A DNA stretch of 58,976 nucleotides from Candidatus Bipolaricaulota bacterium (GCA_938084765.1 CALKFO010000065.1:1-58976); one strand, 5' to 3'; positions 49,867 to 58,912 are shown, counted from the stretch's first letter. Notes: generated by a model from the sequence alone, not told the origin. Program-made: numbers and translations.

Positions 49867-51315
49867 TTAGAGGACAAGGAAAGAAGCGCTGAGGGCCACC
49901 GCAACAAGAAGGGTCGCAAGAAGCGCATATTCCAGGGAAAGCTTTGGCAACGGCCAGGACTTTGTGCGCAGGAAAAGATCGACGAGAAAGCCCGCTCCCG
50001 CGGTCAAAGGCGCTTCGATCCACACTGGCCAAGCATACAGATCGCGGTTCCCCACGAAACCCCAAACCCCAAGGGCCAGGATTCCGCTAGACAAAAGCAG
50101 GACGCCCCCTAGCCTTCCATCCCCTGTTCCCCCGCGAAAAAGCGGCAGGAGCCGGGCCAAGTAAGCAGCGGTGCCCACGCCCAAGAGCAGGAGAAAAGCC
50201 TTCGCCCAAAGAGGCTGGTTGGCGCCGAGACAAGCTTTAGCAGTGAACCCAGCGAGCGGGGGGAGACCCACGAGGGCCCAGGCGCCCAGGGCCAAGCCCA
50301 GAACAGCTGGCCAGGGAACGCCTTTTGCAAGCTCCGAAATGGTCCGCGTTCCCCTTCGCTCCACCGCCTCGCCTGCGCTCAGAAACAAAAGGCCTTTGCC
50401 CAACCCGTGCGCCACCGCATAGATGAGGGCTCCGAATTCCGCTCCCAGACCGAGACCCAAAAGCATGAACCCTAGCTGCGAGACGGTGCTGTGCCCCAGC
50501 AAGATCTTGAGGTCGGTTTCCCTTAAGGCGTACAGCATCCCTCCCACGCCGCTGATCACTCCCAAGCTGAGCAAGGCCGGTCCCACCGGAAACGCCTCCG
50601 CCAGGCGGGCCAGGGTGAGCACGCCCAGTTTGACGACGAGCCCGGAAAGGAGAACGGAGACCTCTGTGGGGGCTTGGCCATGGGCTTGGGGGAGCCAAAG
50701 TCCGAGGAGAAACACCCCGGTCTTCACGGCCGCTCCCGCCAGGAGGAGGCCCGCTCCGACGCGCACCGCAGTGTCGAATACCCCGCCCCGCGCCAGGGCG
50801 CTCACCGCCAGAGCTCCGGTGCGCCCGTAGATCAGACCCAGCCCAAACAGGTACAAGGTCATCCCCACCCCAGCCAAGATGAGGTAGCGCAGGGCCGCCC
50901 AGAGCGCAGCGCTCCGGCCCTCTTTGGCCACAAGGATCACAGAAAGAAGCGAGGAAAACTCGAGAACCACGTACAAGTTGAAAAGATCGCGGGAGATGCT
51001 GCCAGCAAGGCATGTGCCCACAAGGAGGGTGATAAGGCTATGCCCCAGGGAATCGCGGGACCAGGCGTGGAGGAGAACGGTGGCATGAAGGAAAAGCGCC
51101 AGGCCCCAAATGCCCAGGGACCAACCATCCCCAGCGACGGCGATGCCCCAGGGCCAGTCGCCCACGAACCCCTCGGGGAACGCGGGCGCCCACAGGGCCA
51201 GGCTGATCGTGCCGGAAACGAGGGCCACCACCGCGGTCTCCCGGCCGCGGGCCAACACCAACCCCAGCATGCCCAGCGCAAAATAGGCCAACACCCCGAC
51301 GAGGGCAGCGCTCAT
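49867..51315 (-). CDS. mrpD: MrpD/MbhH-type antiporter-like subunit (NuoL/M/N family)
   Basis: Internal ATG 51315 after GGAGGAAAG forms an ATGA overlap with mrpC. The product is 482 aa and polytopic, with ...AAVKTGVFLLGLWLPQAHGQAPTEVSVLLSG..VKLG. Confidence 0.85.
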   Translation of the reverse strand: MSAALVGVLAYFALGMLGLVLARGRETAVVALVSGTISLALWAPAFPEGFVGDWPWGIAVAGDGWSLGIWGLALFLHATVLLHAWSRDSLGHSLITLLVGTCLAGSISRDLFNLYVVLEFSSLLSVILVAKEGRSAALWAALRYLILAGVGMTLYLFGLGLIYGRTGALAVSALARGGVFDTAVRVGAGLLLAGAAVKTGVFLLGLWLPQAHGQAPTEVSVLLSGLVVKLGVLTLARLAEAFPVGPALLSLGVISGVGGMLYALRETDLKILLGHSTVSQLGFMLLGLGLGAEFGALIYAVAHGLGKGLLFLSAGEAVERRGTRTISELAKGVPWPAVLGLALGAWALVGLPPLAGFTAKACLGANQPLWAKAFLLLLGVGTAAYLARLLPLFRGGTGDGRLGGVLLLSSGILALGVWGFVGNRDLYAWPVWIEAPLTAGAGFLVDLFLRTKSWPLPKLSLEYALLATLLVAVALSASFLVL

Positions 51316-51647
51316 CTTTCCTCCAACTTGCGGGAATCCTGGGTATGGCGGTGCTCGGTGAGCACGATCACCAAAGCCAGGGCCAGGGCCAAGGTGGCGA
51401 AGTGAATGACGATGGCAGTAAGAACGAGGGCTTGGGGGAGGGCATCGGCCGCAGGACCTGGGCCCAATCCCACAATGGGTGGCCGCGCTCCCGTTCGATG
51501 AGACAGGGCCACCAGGAACAAAATGCCGCCGCCGGAGGCCACGTTGAGGCCCAACAGCTTCCACACCAAGTTACGGCGCACAACCATCGCCCACATCCCA
51601 AGCGCAGCGGAGGCCACAGCTAGAGCCAGGGCGCTCAAGCTTTCCAC
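51312..51647 (-). CDS. mrpC: MrpC/MnhC (NuoK-like) subunit
   Basis: GTG 51647. 111 aa with three TM segments, ...RRNLVWKLLGLNVASGGGILFLVAL...ALVLTAIVI.FA..A. Confidence 0.8.
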   Translation of the reverse strand: MESLSALALAVASAALGMWAMVVRRNLVWKLLGLNVASGGGILFLVALSHRTGARPPIVGLGPGPAADALPQALVLTAIVIHFATLALALALVIVLTEHRHTQDSRKLEER

Positions 51648-51648
51648 G

Positions 51649-52287
51649 TCACACCTCTCCCCGGGCGGAGGAAAACCGGTGCAGTACAGCCCAGGCACCG
51701 ATGGCCACCTCAAGGGCGATGAGGAGGTTGGCCGTCACGAACGCCGCGGGCGTGCGCAGGCCAAGGATCAAGACCAGGGCGGCCAAGAACACCAGGAGCA
51801 CCACAGCCAAATATTCCAGGCTCTCCAGGCGAGGCTCGTAGAGCTCGGCGCTTACCCGCTCCATTCCTTTGGCCAGGGCCAGCAGGAGAAGGGCGGAGCC
51901 CAGGATGGCGCCGGCGGGGAAACCCCCGCCCGGCCCAAGGTGGCCGCTGGCCGCCACATACAGAGCAAAAACAAGGATGGGACCCAACAACAGGTCAGCA
52001 GAGCGCCGAAGAAGCGGGGTTTCTGAAACCGGAGGAAGTTCGCCTTTCCAATGCAAGCCGACCAGGAGAAAACGCACCCCCACCATGGCCACCACGTAAA
52101 CGAGCACCTCCAGGAGGGTATCCCAAAGCCGCAGGCCCAGGACGATGGCGGCCACGGCGTTGGTCACCCTCCATCCTCGGGCCACAGGGTCAGGATCGGG
52201 GAAATCCGCGCGTGGCCAAAGGCCCGCAATTCCCACGGCCAGAATCCCCACCAATCCTAAAATCCCCAAGGCCAAGAGGAGCTTCAT
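51649..52287 (-). CDS. mrpB: MnhB-domain subunit (MbhE/MbhF-like)
   Basis: ...TNAVAAIVLGLRLWDTLLEVLV (MnhB signature) with additional TM helices on both sides. Confidence 0.8.
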   Translation of the reverse strand: MKLLLALGILGLVGILAVGIAGLWPRADFPDPDPVARGWRVTNAVAAIVLGLRLWDTLLEVLVYVVAMVGVRFLLVGLHWKGELPPVSETPLLRRSADLLLGPILVFALYVAASGHLGPGGGFPAGAILGSALLLLALAKGMERVSAELYEPRLESLEYLAVVLLVFLAALVLILGLRTPAAFVTANLLIALEVAIGAWAVLHRFSSARGEV

Positions 52288-53099
52288 CCTAAGTGCCTCC
52301 GGATAAGCTCGGAAAGCTCGCCTCGTCGCTCCAATTCCCCCAAAAACTCCGCAAAGCTTTCGCGTAGCTCCTCATCCTCGGGGTTCAAGGCGAACGCAAA
52401 GCGATGTTCCCCGGGCAAAAGAGTCGCTTCGGCTCCAGAGAAGAGGTCCCGGGTTTCCCACTCCCGCCAGCGCAAGAGGTCCGTCACGGCCTCGCCCACC
52501 TCACCGCGGGAAAGAGCCCGAGCGAGCTCGTCGGCGTCCTCAAAGAGCTTGCCGTCGGAGCCGAGCCAAGAGGCACCGGGCTCCCCAACCACGGCCCCGA
52601 TGGGACCGCCTCCAAGGCGCACGCGCACAAGGCGGGTGGGCACAAGGCCCTGGGTGTAGACCACCCCGTCGTGGGGGTTGGGCAAAAAGCCGCCCGCTCC
52701 CACATGCGCCTCACCGCTCCGGACAAGGCGGAGGATCTCGGCCCTGGGCACCCAGATGAGCTCCAAATCCCGGTGACACCAGCGTGCGAAGCGCTCCAGT
52801 ATCTCCCATTCCAGGCCGGCAACGCGTTCGCCCTCCGCATAGAGCAAGGGGTAAAGGGGGGAGGCGGCCACCACGAGCTTCCCGGTGCGGCGCAAAGCCA
52901 AAAGATAGACGAAAGTCACAAGTCCAAAGCCGATGGCGGCCTCCGTGAGGGCCACATCAGGAGCGGCTAGGACAAGGTACAGGGCGGCAAGCACCAACGA
53001 GTGCACACCGACCCCGATCACCCCCCAAAGGAGGCGCTTGCGGGTGAGGGCAAAGACGGCCAGCCCGAAGGCCAAAGCGGAGAGGAGCACGGCCATCAT
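52284..53099 (-). CDS. MbhD/DUF4040-like membrane subunit fused to a family-3 solute-binding-protein-like domain
   Basis: ATG 53099. The N-terminal ~75 aa have three TM helices and the signature LAAPDVALTEAAIGFGL. The C-terminal ~195 aa resemble SBP_bac_3 (VVAASPLYPLLY..GERVAGLEWEILERFA....DLELIWVP...IL.LV.SGEAHVGAGG...FAFALNPEDEELRESF..FL.EL...GEL). Confidence 0.65.
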   Translation of the reverse strand: MMAVLLSALAFGLAVFALTRKRLLWGVIGVGVHSLVLAALYLVLAAPDVALTEAAIGFGLVTFVYLLALRRTGKLVVAASPLYPLLYAEGERVAGLEWEILERFARWCHRDLELIWVPRAEILRLVRSGEAHVGAGGFLPNPHDGVVYTQGLVPTRLVRVRLGGGPIGAVVGEPGASWLGSDGKLFEDADELARALSRGEVGEAVTDLLRWREWETRDLFSGAEATLLPGEHRFAFALNPEDEELRESFAEFLGELERRGELSELIRRHLG

Positions 53100-53100
53100 G

Positions 53101-53382
53101 TCAGTCGCGGATCCTGCGTACAAACGCGCCCTTGGCGATGGCATGGGTGGCCAGGGGGCCGGTGAAAAGCACAAAGAGCAAAAGCACGAGCGCAAGCCCA
53201 CCGGTGGCCAACCATCCCTCGCGAATCATGAGCCCGATGAGAAAAACACAGGATCCGCCTACATCAGCCACTCCCGCCACCTGGAGGCGCACATAGGGCG
53301 AGCGGAAGCGGACCATACCTATCCCCCCCACCCAGATCAGGGCCACCCCCAAGATGAGCAAGACTTCCCCCAGGATCCTCAC
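53101..53382 (-). CDS. mrpG: MrpG/MnhG subunit
   Basis: GTG 53382 forms a GTGA overlap with mrpF. VRILGEVLLILGVALIWVGGIGMVRFRSPYVRLQVAGVADVGG...TGPLATHAIAKGA. Confidence 0.8.
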   Translation of the reverse strand: MRILGEVLLILGVALIWVGGIGMVRFRSPYVRLQVAGVADVGGSCVFLIGLMIREGWLATGGLALVLLLFVLFTGPLATHAIAKGAFVRRIRD

Positions 53383-53630
53383 CGCTCCCCCCTTTCCCCA
53401 AAGCGGGCCACCAAAACGGTTCCAAGGAAACCCAGGATGGCGTAGGCCAACGCCACGTCCAGCAGGATCTCGTAGCCGAAGAGAGCCGCGTGGGCAGCAA
53501 GAATGAGCACCACCCGCGTGTTCAGCGAAGAGGCACCCGCCAGTCGATCCCAAAGCCTGGGCCCTCGCCAAAGGACCACCAAAGGCGGAAGAGCGCTAAG
53601 AAGGAGCAGGACCTCCACCGCCAATCTCAT
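53379..53630 (-). CDS. mrpF: MrpF/MnhF subunit
   Basis: 83 aa. ...LWRGPRLWDRLAGASSLNTRVVLILA......LDVALAYAILGFLGTVLVARF. Confidence 0.8.
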   Translation of the reverse strand: MRLAVEVLLLLSALPPLVVLWRGPRLWDRLAGASSLNTRVVLILAAHAALFGYEILLDVALAYAILGFLGTVLVARFGERGER

Positions 53631-54130
53631 CCCCAGATCCTTTGTACCAGACTTTGGAGACGCTCTACACCCTCAGGGTAGCCGCGGGGAGGGAGATGCA
53701 AACAGTGGATGTAGAGCGTTTCCCCTTCAACGAGAAGGGCGATGGTGCCCGGGGTCACCGTGATGGCCCAAAGGAGGAGAAGCTGGGCCATTTCCGAGCG
53801 CACGCGGAGAGGAACCGCCGCGATGCCTGGGCTGATCGAGCCAGTTACCGCAGCCCAAGCGGTTTGGGCTACAGCGATCGCCACCCGCAGCCCCACGGTG
53901 AGCCAAAACCCAAGCCATAGGTGCAGGCGAAAGAATGGGGGCGGGAGGGCCAACCGCACCCGGCCACTGCGCCGCAGGAGCCAAAGCCCAAGGGGAAACG
54001 CTGCCCCAGCCAAGATCACAGGCCAAGACGGTTCCCGCCAGAGGAGAACCCAGAGGCCCCAAAGCATGGCGCCCACCACGAACACCGCCAGCATGTCCTG
54101 GGAGTGTAGCGAGGGCCGGACTTGACGCAT
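53627..54130 (-). CDS. mrpE: MrpE/MnhE subunit
   Basis: Two N-terminal TM helices, then ...GIAAVPLRVRSEMAQLLLLWAITVTPGTIALLVEGETLYIHCL. The start is uncertain (54178, 54130 or 54094), and none has a good RBS. Confidence 0.75.
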   Translation of the reverse strand: MRQVRPSLHSQDMLAVFVVGAMLWGLWVLLWREPSWPVILAGAAFPLGLWLLRRSGRVRLALPPPFFRLHLWLGFWLTVGLRVAIAVAQTAWAAVTGSISPGIAAVPLRVRSEMAQLLLLWAITVTPGTIALLVEGETLYIHCLHLPPRGYPEGVERLQSLVQRIWG

Positions 54131-54176
54131 AGGACAGCTTGGGGGTAGGTTCAACCCCTGGATCAAGGAGGGAAGC

Positions 54177-54428
54177 ATGAGGCAATGGTGGCAGGATTTT
54201 CACAGGTTCCGGGTGGTGATCACCCCGCATGTCATGCCGTATGTGTTTTGGATCGGAGCAGCCATCGCCGTGATCATGGGCATCGTCACCGTGGTGGAAG
54301 GGGCGCTCACCCCCGGTCCCCAGAAGGCTCGCCTCATCGTCCTTGGGCTGGTGACCCTGTTCTTGGGGCCGCTTTTTGTGCGCATCCTGTGCGAGTTGGT
54401 GATGACCTTCTTCCGCGAAAAGCTTTAG
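54177..54428 (+). CDS. DUF4282-like small membrane protein
   Basis: 83 aa. F.RFRVVITPHVMPYVFWIGAAIAVIMGI....LFLGPLFVRILCELVMTFFR resembles the two-TM DUF4282 pattern. It is divergent from the mrp cluster. Confidence 0.6.
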   Translation: MRQWWQDFHRFRVVITPHVMPYVFWIGAAIAVIMGIVTVVEGALTPGPQKARLIVLGLVTLFLGPLFVRILCELVMTFFREKL

Positions 54429-54496
54429 CGCGGGCCAGGGACGTCCGCCCTGGATGCCCAGAGACCCAAGCCTCGGACGCCTTCGTCAGCCGGGAC

Positions 54497-55021
54497 TCAA
54501 AGCTCGTGGCCCAGGTTGAGAGCGGCGATGTTCTCTGGGGCAGCGCGGCCGGTGCCGGCCACACGCAGCAGGGGCGCAAGAGGAAAGAGGGAAAGCTTGG
54601 CCAAGAAGCCCAGGGCCGCCACGGGAGCAAGCCGGCCGGGGTCGCCGGGCCGGCCGCTGGACGTGCGAGCCACGAAAGGCCGGACCTCCACGCGCAATCC
54701 CTCGGGTACACGCCCTCCCGCAACGGTTGAATCCAGAACCAAAAGCCCATCTTTCGCCACAAGGGGGATGGCCTCGGGAAAGGCCTTGGGGTGCAAGATC
54801 ACCGCCACCTGGGCCTCCCGAAAATAGGGGGAAAGGATGGCCTCCTCGGCGATCACGAGTTCCGAGTGCACAGGCGTGCCCATGACCTCCGCGCCGTAGG
54901 CATAGCGCAGGGCCACTTCCTTGCCCTCCTCGGCCATGGCCTGGGCCAGAAGTCTTCCGGCGAACACAATCCCTTGGCCACCGATTCCGGAAATGCGAAG
55001 CCGCAGCTCAGCCATGGACAA
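54497..55021 (-). CDS. 2-oxoacid:ferredoxin oxidoreductase, gamma subunit
   Basis: ...LRISGIGGQGIVFAGRLLAQAMAEEGKEV.....YGAEV.G....SELVI. Confidence 0.85.
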   Translation of the reverse strand: MSMAELRLRISGIGGQGIVFAGRLLAQAMAEEGKEVALRYAYGAEVMGTPVHSELVIAEEAILSPYFREAQVAVILHPKAFPEAIPLVAKDGLLVLDSTVAGGRVPEGLRVEVRPFVARTSSGRPGDPGRLAPVAALGFLAKLSLFPLAPLLRVAGTGRAAPENIAALNLGHEL

Positions 55022-55793
55022 CCCTTTGCAGCGCGCGGAGGAGGCCAGGACGGGTGCGCTCCACGTATTCGCCCAGGGCGATCTCCTCTGGGCCAGCTTG
55101 GCCCAGGGGCTTGCTGTGGGCTTGCAGCCACTTCATCGCTTCCACCGGGGCCATGGCCAGCCGGCCGCCCACCCGCGCCGGGCATGGGCTCACCACCTCC
55201 ACGAACCGAAACCCCTCCTGGCCCAGGGCCTTGAGGAGGGACTGCTCCAGCGGCCCAAGATGGGCGGTGGTCCAGCGGGCCACGTAGTTGGCACCGGCCG
55301 CGGCCACCACCCCCGCCACGTCCAGGGGATACTCCGGGTTCCCATACGGCGTGGTGGAGGTGGGGAGGCCATGGGGCGTGGTGGGGCCCACTTGGCCCCC
55401 GGTCATGGCGTAGACAAGGTTGTTCACCATGATCACCAAAAGATCGGCGTTGCGCCGCGCGGCATGTAGAAGATGGTTCCCGCCGATTCCGGCGATATCG
55501 CCGTCGCCGCCCACCACGATCACCTGGAGCTCAGGGCGACGGAGCTTGATCCCCAAGGCGGTGGGAATGGCTCGCCCATGGGCCACGTGGAGGCTATCCG
55601 CCAGAAAATGGGGGCTGGGGATCCAGGCCGCGCAGCCGATCCCCGCCACGAACACGGCCTTTTTCAGGTCAACTTGGGCCCGCGCGAGGGCGCGCAGGAT
55701 CGCCCCGGCCACAAGGCCGTTGCCGCAGCCAGGGCAGAACACCGTGGGCAAGGCCTGCGGCCGCAAAAAGGCGTGCAGGGAATGAACGCTCAT
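55008..55793 (-). CDS. 2-oxoacid:ferredoxin oxidoreductase, beta (TPP-binding) subunit
   Basis: Internal ATG 55793 forms an ATGA overlap with alpha. ...FCPGCGNG......GIGCAAW......GGDGDIAGIGGNHLLHAARRN.DL.VIMVNN.VYAMTGGQ. Confidence 0.88.
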   Translation of the reverse strand: MSVHSLHAFLRPQALPTVFCPGCGNGLVAGAILRALARAQVDLKKAVFVAGIGCAAWIPSPHFLADSLHVAHGRAIPTALGIKLRRPELQVIVVGGDGDIAGIGGNHLLHAARRNADLLVIMVNNLVYAMTGGQVGPTTPHGLPTSTTPYGNPEYPLDVAGVVAAAGANYVARWTTAHLGPLEQSLLKALGQEGFRFVEVVSPCPARVGGRLAMAPVEAMKWLQAHSKPLGQAGPEEIALGEYVERTRPGLLRALQRVVHG

Positions 55794-56920
55794 CCTGCAA
55801 CCTCCCGCAGCTTTTCCGCCAGCTCCTCCGGATAGATGGGCAGGCCCCCGCCCACCTTGGAAAAATGCAGGACGGGACAGCGGCCAGCCACGATGCGCTC
55901 CACATCCCAAAGGAGCTGGCCCAAACTCAGCTCGGGCACGAGGATAGCCCTGGCCTGTTCCGCAAGCGCCACGATGGGCTCCTCGGGAAGAGGCCAGACC
56001 GTTTTCAGGACGACCACGCCCACCCGCACATTCCCGGCCAGGAGCTTACGGGCGGCGAGGGCGCTCCGTCCCACCGAACCGTAGGCCACGATCCCCACCT
56101 CCGCCTCCTCCACGCCCACCGCTTCGTAGCGAGAAAGCTCGGTGCGGTTGAGCCAGATCTTCTGCCAAAGCCGCTCCACAAGCGCGCGATGGGTCTGCGC
56201 ATCCGAGGTCTGACGCATGCCCCAGGGATCGTGGGTGGAGCCGGTCACCAGGAGGGCGTGGCCGTCGCCCAGGCGGGGCATGGGCGGCGGCAGCCGCGGC
56301 TCCGGCGAACCGAAGGGAGGCTCGTTTCCCTGAGGGCGGCGGCGCTCCACCCGCTCCACCTCCGCGGGGACCTGGACCGTCTCCCAGGTATGGGCCAAAA
56401 GCTCATCGGAAAGGAGCACCACCGGGGTGCGCAGCTTCTCCGCGGTGTTCACGGCCAACACGGTGAGTTCAAAACAGTCCTGTACGGAGGAGGGAGCGAA
56501 CACGGGGAGGATTTGGTCGCCGTGGCGTCCCCAGCGGGCCTGCATCAGGTCCCCTTGGGCCGCCTTGGAGGCCTGGCCCGTGCCCGGACCCACCCGCATC
56601 ACGTCCACCACCAAAAGCGGCGTCTCCGTCATCACCGCCATCCCCAGGCCCTCCTGCATGAGGGAAAAGCCCGGACCGCTCGTGGCCGTCATGGCCCGCG
56701 CGTCCGCCCAGGAGGCGCCGATGAGCATGAAGATCGCGGCGATCTCATCCTCGGCCTGGAGAAATACGCCACCCCGTTTGGGGAGCTCGCGGGCCATGTG
56801 CTCCATGATCTCCGAGGAAGGGGTGATGGGATAACCGGCGTAGAAGTCCACACCGGCGGCCAAGGCGCCCTCGGCCACCGCGATGTTCCCGGACCAAAAC
56901 CTGCGGACTTTAGAGCTCAT
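55790..56920 (-). CDS. 2-oxoacid:ferredoxin oxidoreductase, alpha subunit
   Basis: ...GN.AVAEGALAAGV.FYAGYPITPSSEI.E.....L.....VFLQAEDEIAA......GAS.A..RAMTATSGPGFSLM.E. The ATG at 56920 overlaps the upstream gene by 11 nt. Confidence 0.88.
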   Translation of the reverse strand: MSSKVRRFWSGNIAVAEGALAAGVDFYAGYPITPSSEIMEHMARELPKRGGVFLQAEDEIAAIFMLIGASWADARAMTATSGPGFSLMQEGLGMAVMTETPLLVVDVMRVGPGTGQASKAAQGDLMQARWGRHGDQILPVFAPSSVQDCFELTVLAVNTAEKLRTPVVLLSDELLAHTWETVQVPAEVERVERRRPQGNEPPFGSPEPRLPPPMPRLGDGHALLVTGSTHDPWGMRQTSDAQTHRALVERLWQKIWLNRTELSRYEAVGVEEAEVGIVAYGSVGRSALAARKLLAGNVRVGVVVLKTVWPLPEEPIVALAEQARAILVPELSLGQLLWDVERIVAGRCPVLHFSKVGGGLPIYPEELAEKLREVAG

Positions 56921-57626
56921 CGAACAGGCCACGCACCTGGCTCGCGCGCTCGTGAGGCTCCAGATGGATCGCGGGTGGGGAAAGCGCGCTCACGTTCTCC
57001 CGACAAAAGTCCACGAACGGGCAGTACTTGCACTGATCGAATTCCCAATCGGACTTATCGGGAAGGGGCGGAAGCTCGCCCCGTACGAAGATGAGCTCGC
57101 GTAAGGCCTCGAACTCGGAAAGGACCCGCCTCACCTCCGTGTGATCCAGCTCCACCACGAACTCCCGCAGCTCTTGGGTGGCCTTGTTCTCGGCGAGGAG
57201 GATGCCCTGGGGGATCTGGAAGTAATGGAGGTAAAGTTGGAGCTGGAGGTAGTGGTCGCGCCGGGGAACGAGGGCCATCTGGTCGAAGTTGTACGGGTGC
57301 ACGGTTTTGATCTCCACCACGTAATTCTTGCCGGAAAGGGAAACGATGGCATCGGCCCGGCCGTGGAACAGGGCGCCGGAGGGAAGGGGAACTTCGGCCG
57401 CCACCACGATCCCCAAACCGTAGAGGGCCTGAACGATGCGGCGGTGGGCATCTTCTCCCACGGCGAGCCGACGCGCGGTCTGGCCGTCGATGGGGGGCCG
57501 GGGAAAACCCTTCACCGTGTAGAAGATCTGGCGGGGGCACTTCCCCACCTCGGAAACATAGAAATAATCCCGCTCCCGGTGGGGCTCCTCCCGCTGAAAG
57601 TACTCCTCCAAAAGCTCCACAAGCAT
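56910..57626 (-). CDS. Cas4/RecB-like PD-(D/E)XK nuclease with 4Fe-4S cysteine set (no CRISPR context)
   Basis: Internal ATG 57626. YFYVSEVGKCPRQIFY (N-terminal Cys), GRADAIV (D), VVEIKT (ExK), LQLQLYLHY (QxxxY), and C-terminal CKYCPFVDFC. Confidence 0.75.
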   Translation of the reverse strand: MLVELLEEYFQREEPHRERDYFYVSEVGKCPRQIFYTVKGFPRPPIDGQTARRLAVGEDAHRRIVQALYGLGIVVAAEVPLPSGALFHGRADAIVSLSGKNYVVEIKTVHPYNFDQMALVPRRDHYLQLQLYLHYFQIPQGILLAENKATQELREFVVELDHTEVRRVLSEFEALRELIFVRGELPPLPDKSDWEFDQCKYCPFVDFCRENVSALSPPAIHLEPHERASQVRGLFDEL

Positions 57627-57637
57627 GGGGCAGGAGT

Positions 57638-58912
57638 CTAATCGGGCTGGTCGGGCGGCACAACACCCGCCTCGTCGAGGATCTCGAGGACGTCGAGCTC
57701 GGTGACCCACGCCGGCACGCCAAGAAGCCCAGCGAGGCTGGGCTGGGTGCCGCCCTGATCGCCGGAGACGAGCTCTTTCACGTAGAGGCCAGCCTCGCAG
57801 GTGATCTCCAGCTCCGCTTCGGTGGGGGAAAGCAGGCGGCCTTGGGCGGAGAAAACCCGGCGCCGCCGGACCAAATCGGCCCGGCGGTGCCGCACCCGCT
57901 CCGGCGTGCGCTGGCACACCTCGCCCACCAAACCCGCCACCGCACGGGCCCACCTCTCCTCGGAGACGGGAGCGGAAAAGGCGACCTTGGCCAAGTAACG
58001 CTTGGCGAACTTGCCCGCCTTCACCCTCTCCTCAAGTTCAGGCGTCGCGAGCTGGAGGTCGGAAAGCTCAAGCGCGCCAGCGCTGCGGCGGCGCACCTCC
58101 TCCGCCACCCAGGCCAGGTCGATCCTGCGGCGGCGCGGGTTCTCCACCTTCAGCAAAAATGGCCGGCCGCGGCCGAGCATGCGCGCGTCCGCGTCCTCGC
58201 GTCCCGCGCCGTGCAGGTTCCCGTCCGTGCCGCCGGTGGCCTCCAAAAACACGGGGAGCACGAGCTCCTCCACGGAGGTGGCCGCCAGCTTCCCCGTCCC
58301 CCCGCAAACCTCACAGCCCTTCCCGCGACAGCGCGGGCAGGTCCAGGCCGTTTGGGCGATGCCGCGCACAAGCTTCCGGTAGCGGCCGTAATACACGACG
58401 GGGTTCACCTGAAGCTGGACCTCGTCGTTCTCCACGTCCACGAGGAATTGCACGTCGGGGCGGGTGTAGTGGACGGCGGCGGGGCGGCCCTCGCGGCGCA
58501 AAAGCTCGGAAAAGGCCCGGGTTAAAGCGCGGTTCAAATGACGCCGCACAGGCTCGGCCCACGGCGAGGGGAACTTCTCGGCCAAAACCTCCTCGGTGGC
58601 CTCCAGGCGCGGGGAGAGGTGCACCCCAAAGAGAAAGGTCTCGAACTCATAGGGGCGGGAAAGATCCCAGGCTTTCTGGGCCCAGATGGGGACGCGGGAG
58701 AACGCGCCGCCGCAGACCCAGCACTCCTGGGGCGCACGGGTCCCCTGGCCCAGGGCGGCCCGCAGAAGGTGCCCCCGCTCCGCCGGGGCGAGTCGCCCCG
58801 GCAGAAGGGCGAACCGCCGACCCAGACACTCGTCGCAGATCGGGCCGGCCCGCAGGATCTTTTCCGCCAAGGAAAGCGGATCCACGCCGAAATTTTCCTC
58901 GTTGCGCGCCAT
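57638..58912 (-). CDS. pus10: tRNA pseudouridine synthase Pus10 (archaeal/eukaryotic type)
   Basis: N-terminal zinc motifs ICDECLGRRF and CWVCGG. Also GRYRKLVRGIAQT, CPRCRGKGCEVCGGTG, and the catalytic block AGREDADARMLGRGRPFLLKV (nt 58157-58204). The ATG at 58912 is preferred to the TTG at 58933, which would abut the tRNA. Confidence 0.82.
   Translation of the reverse strand: MARNEENFGVDPLSLAEKILRAGPICDECLGRRFALLPGRLAPAERGHLLRAALGQGTRAPQECWVCGGAFSRVPIWAQKAWDLSRPYEFETFLFGVHLSPRLEATEEVLAEKFPSPWAEPVRRHLNRALTRAFSELLRREGRPAAVHYTRPDVQFLVDVENDEVQLQVNPVVYYGRYRKLVRGIAQTAWTCPRCRGKGCEVCGGTGKLAATSVEELVLPVFLEATGGTDGNLHGAGREDADARMLGRGRPFLLKVENPRRRRIDLAWVAEEVRRRSAGALELSDLQLATPELEERVKAGKFAKRYLAKVAFSAPVSEERWARAVAGLVGEVCQRTPERVRHRRADLVRRRRVFSAQGRLLSPTEAELEITCEAGLYVKELVSGDQGGTQPSLAGLLGVPAWVTELDVLEILDEAGVVPPDQPD

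Noticed and set aside
54435-54453. Hairpin CCAGGG-acgtccg-CCCTGG between the convergent DUF4282 and OFOR-gamma genes, as a bidirectional terminator
   Set aside because: It has only a 6-bp stem and no flanking T/A tracts, which is too weak to call.
55865-57094. 409-aa plus-strand ORF over the OFOR alpha gene and the Cas4-like gene
   Set aside because: It is antisense to two motif-supported genes and has a Gly/Arg/His/Pro-rich translation.
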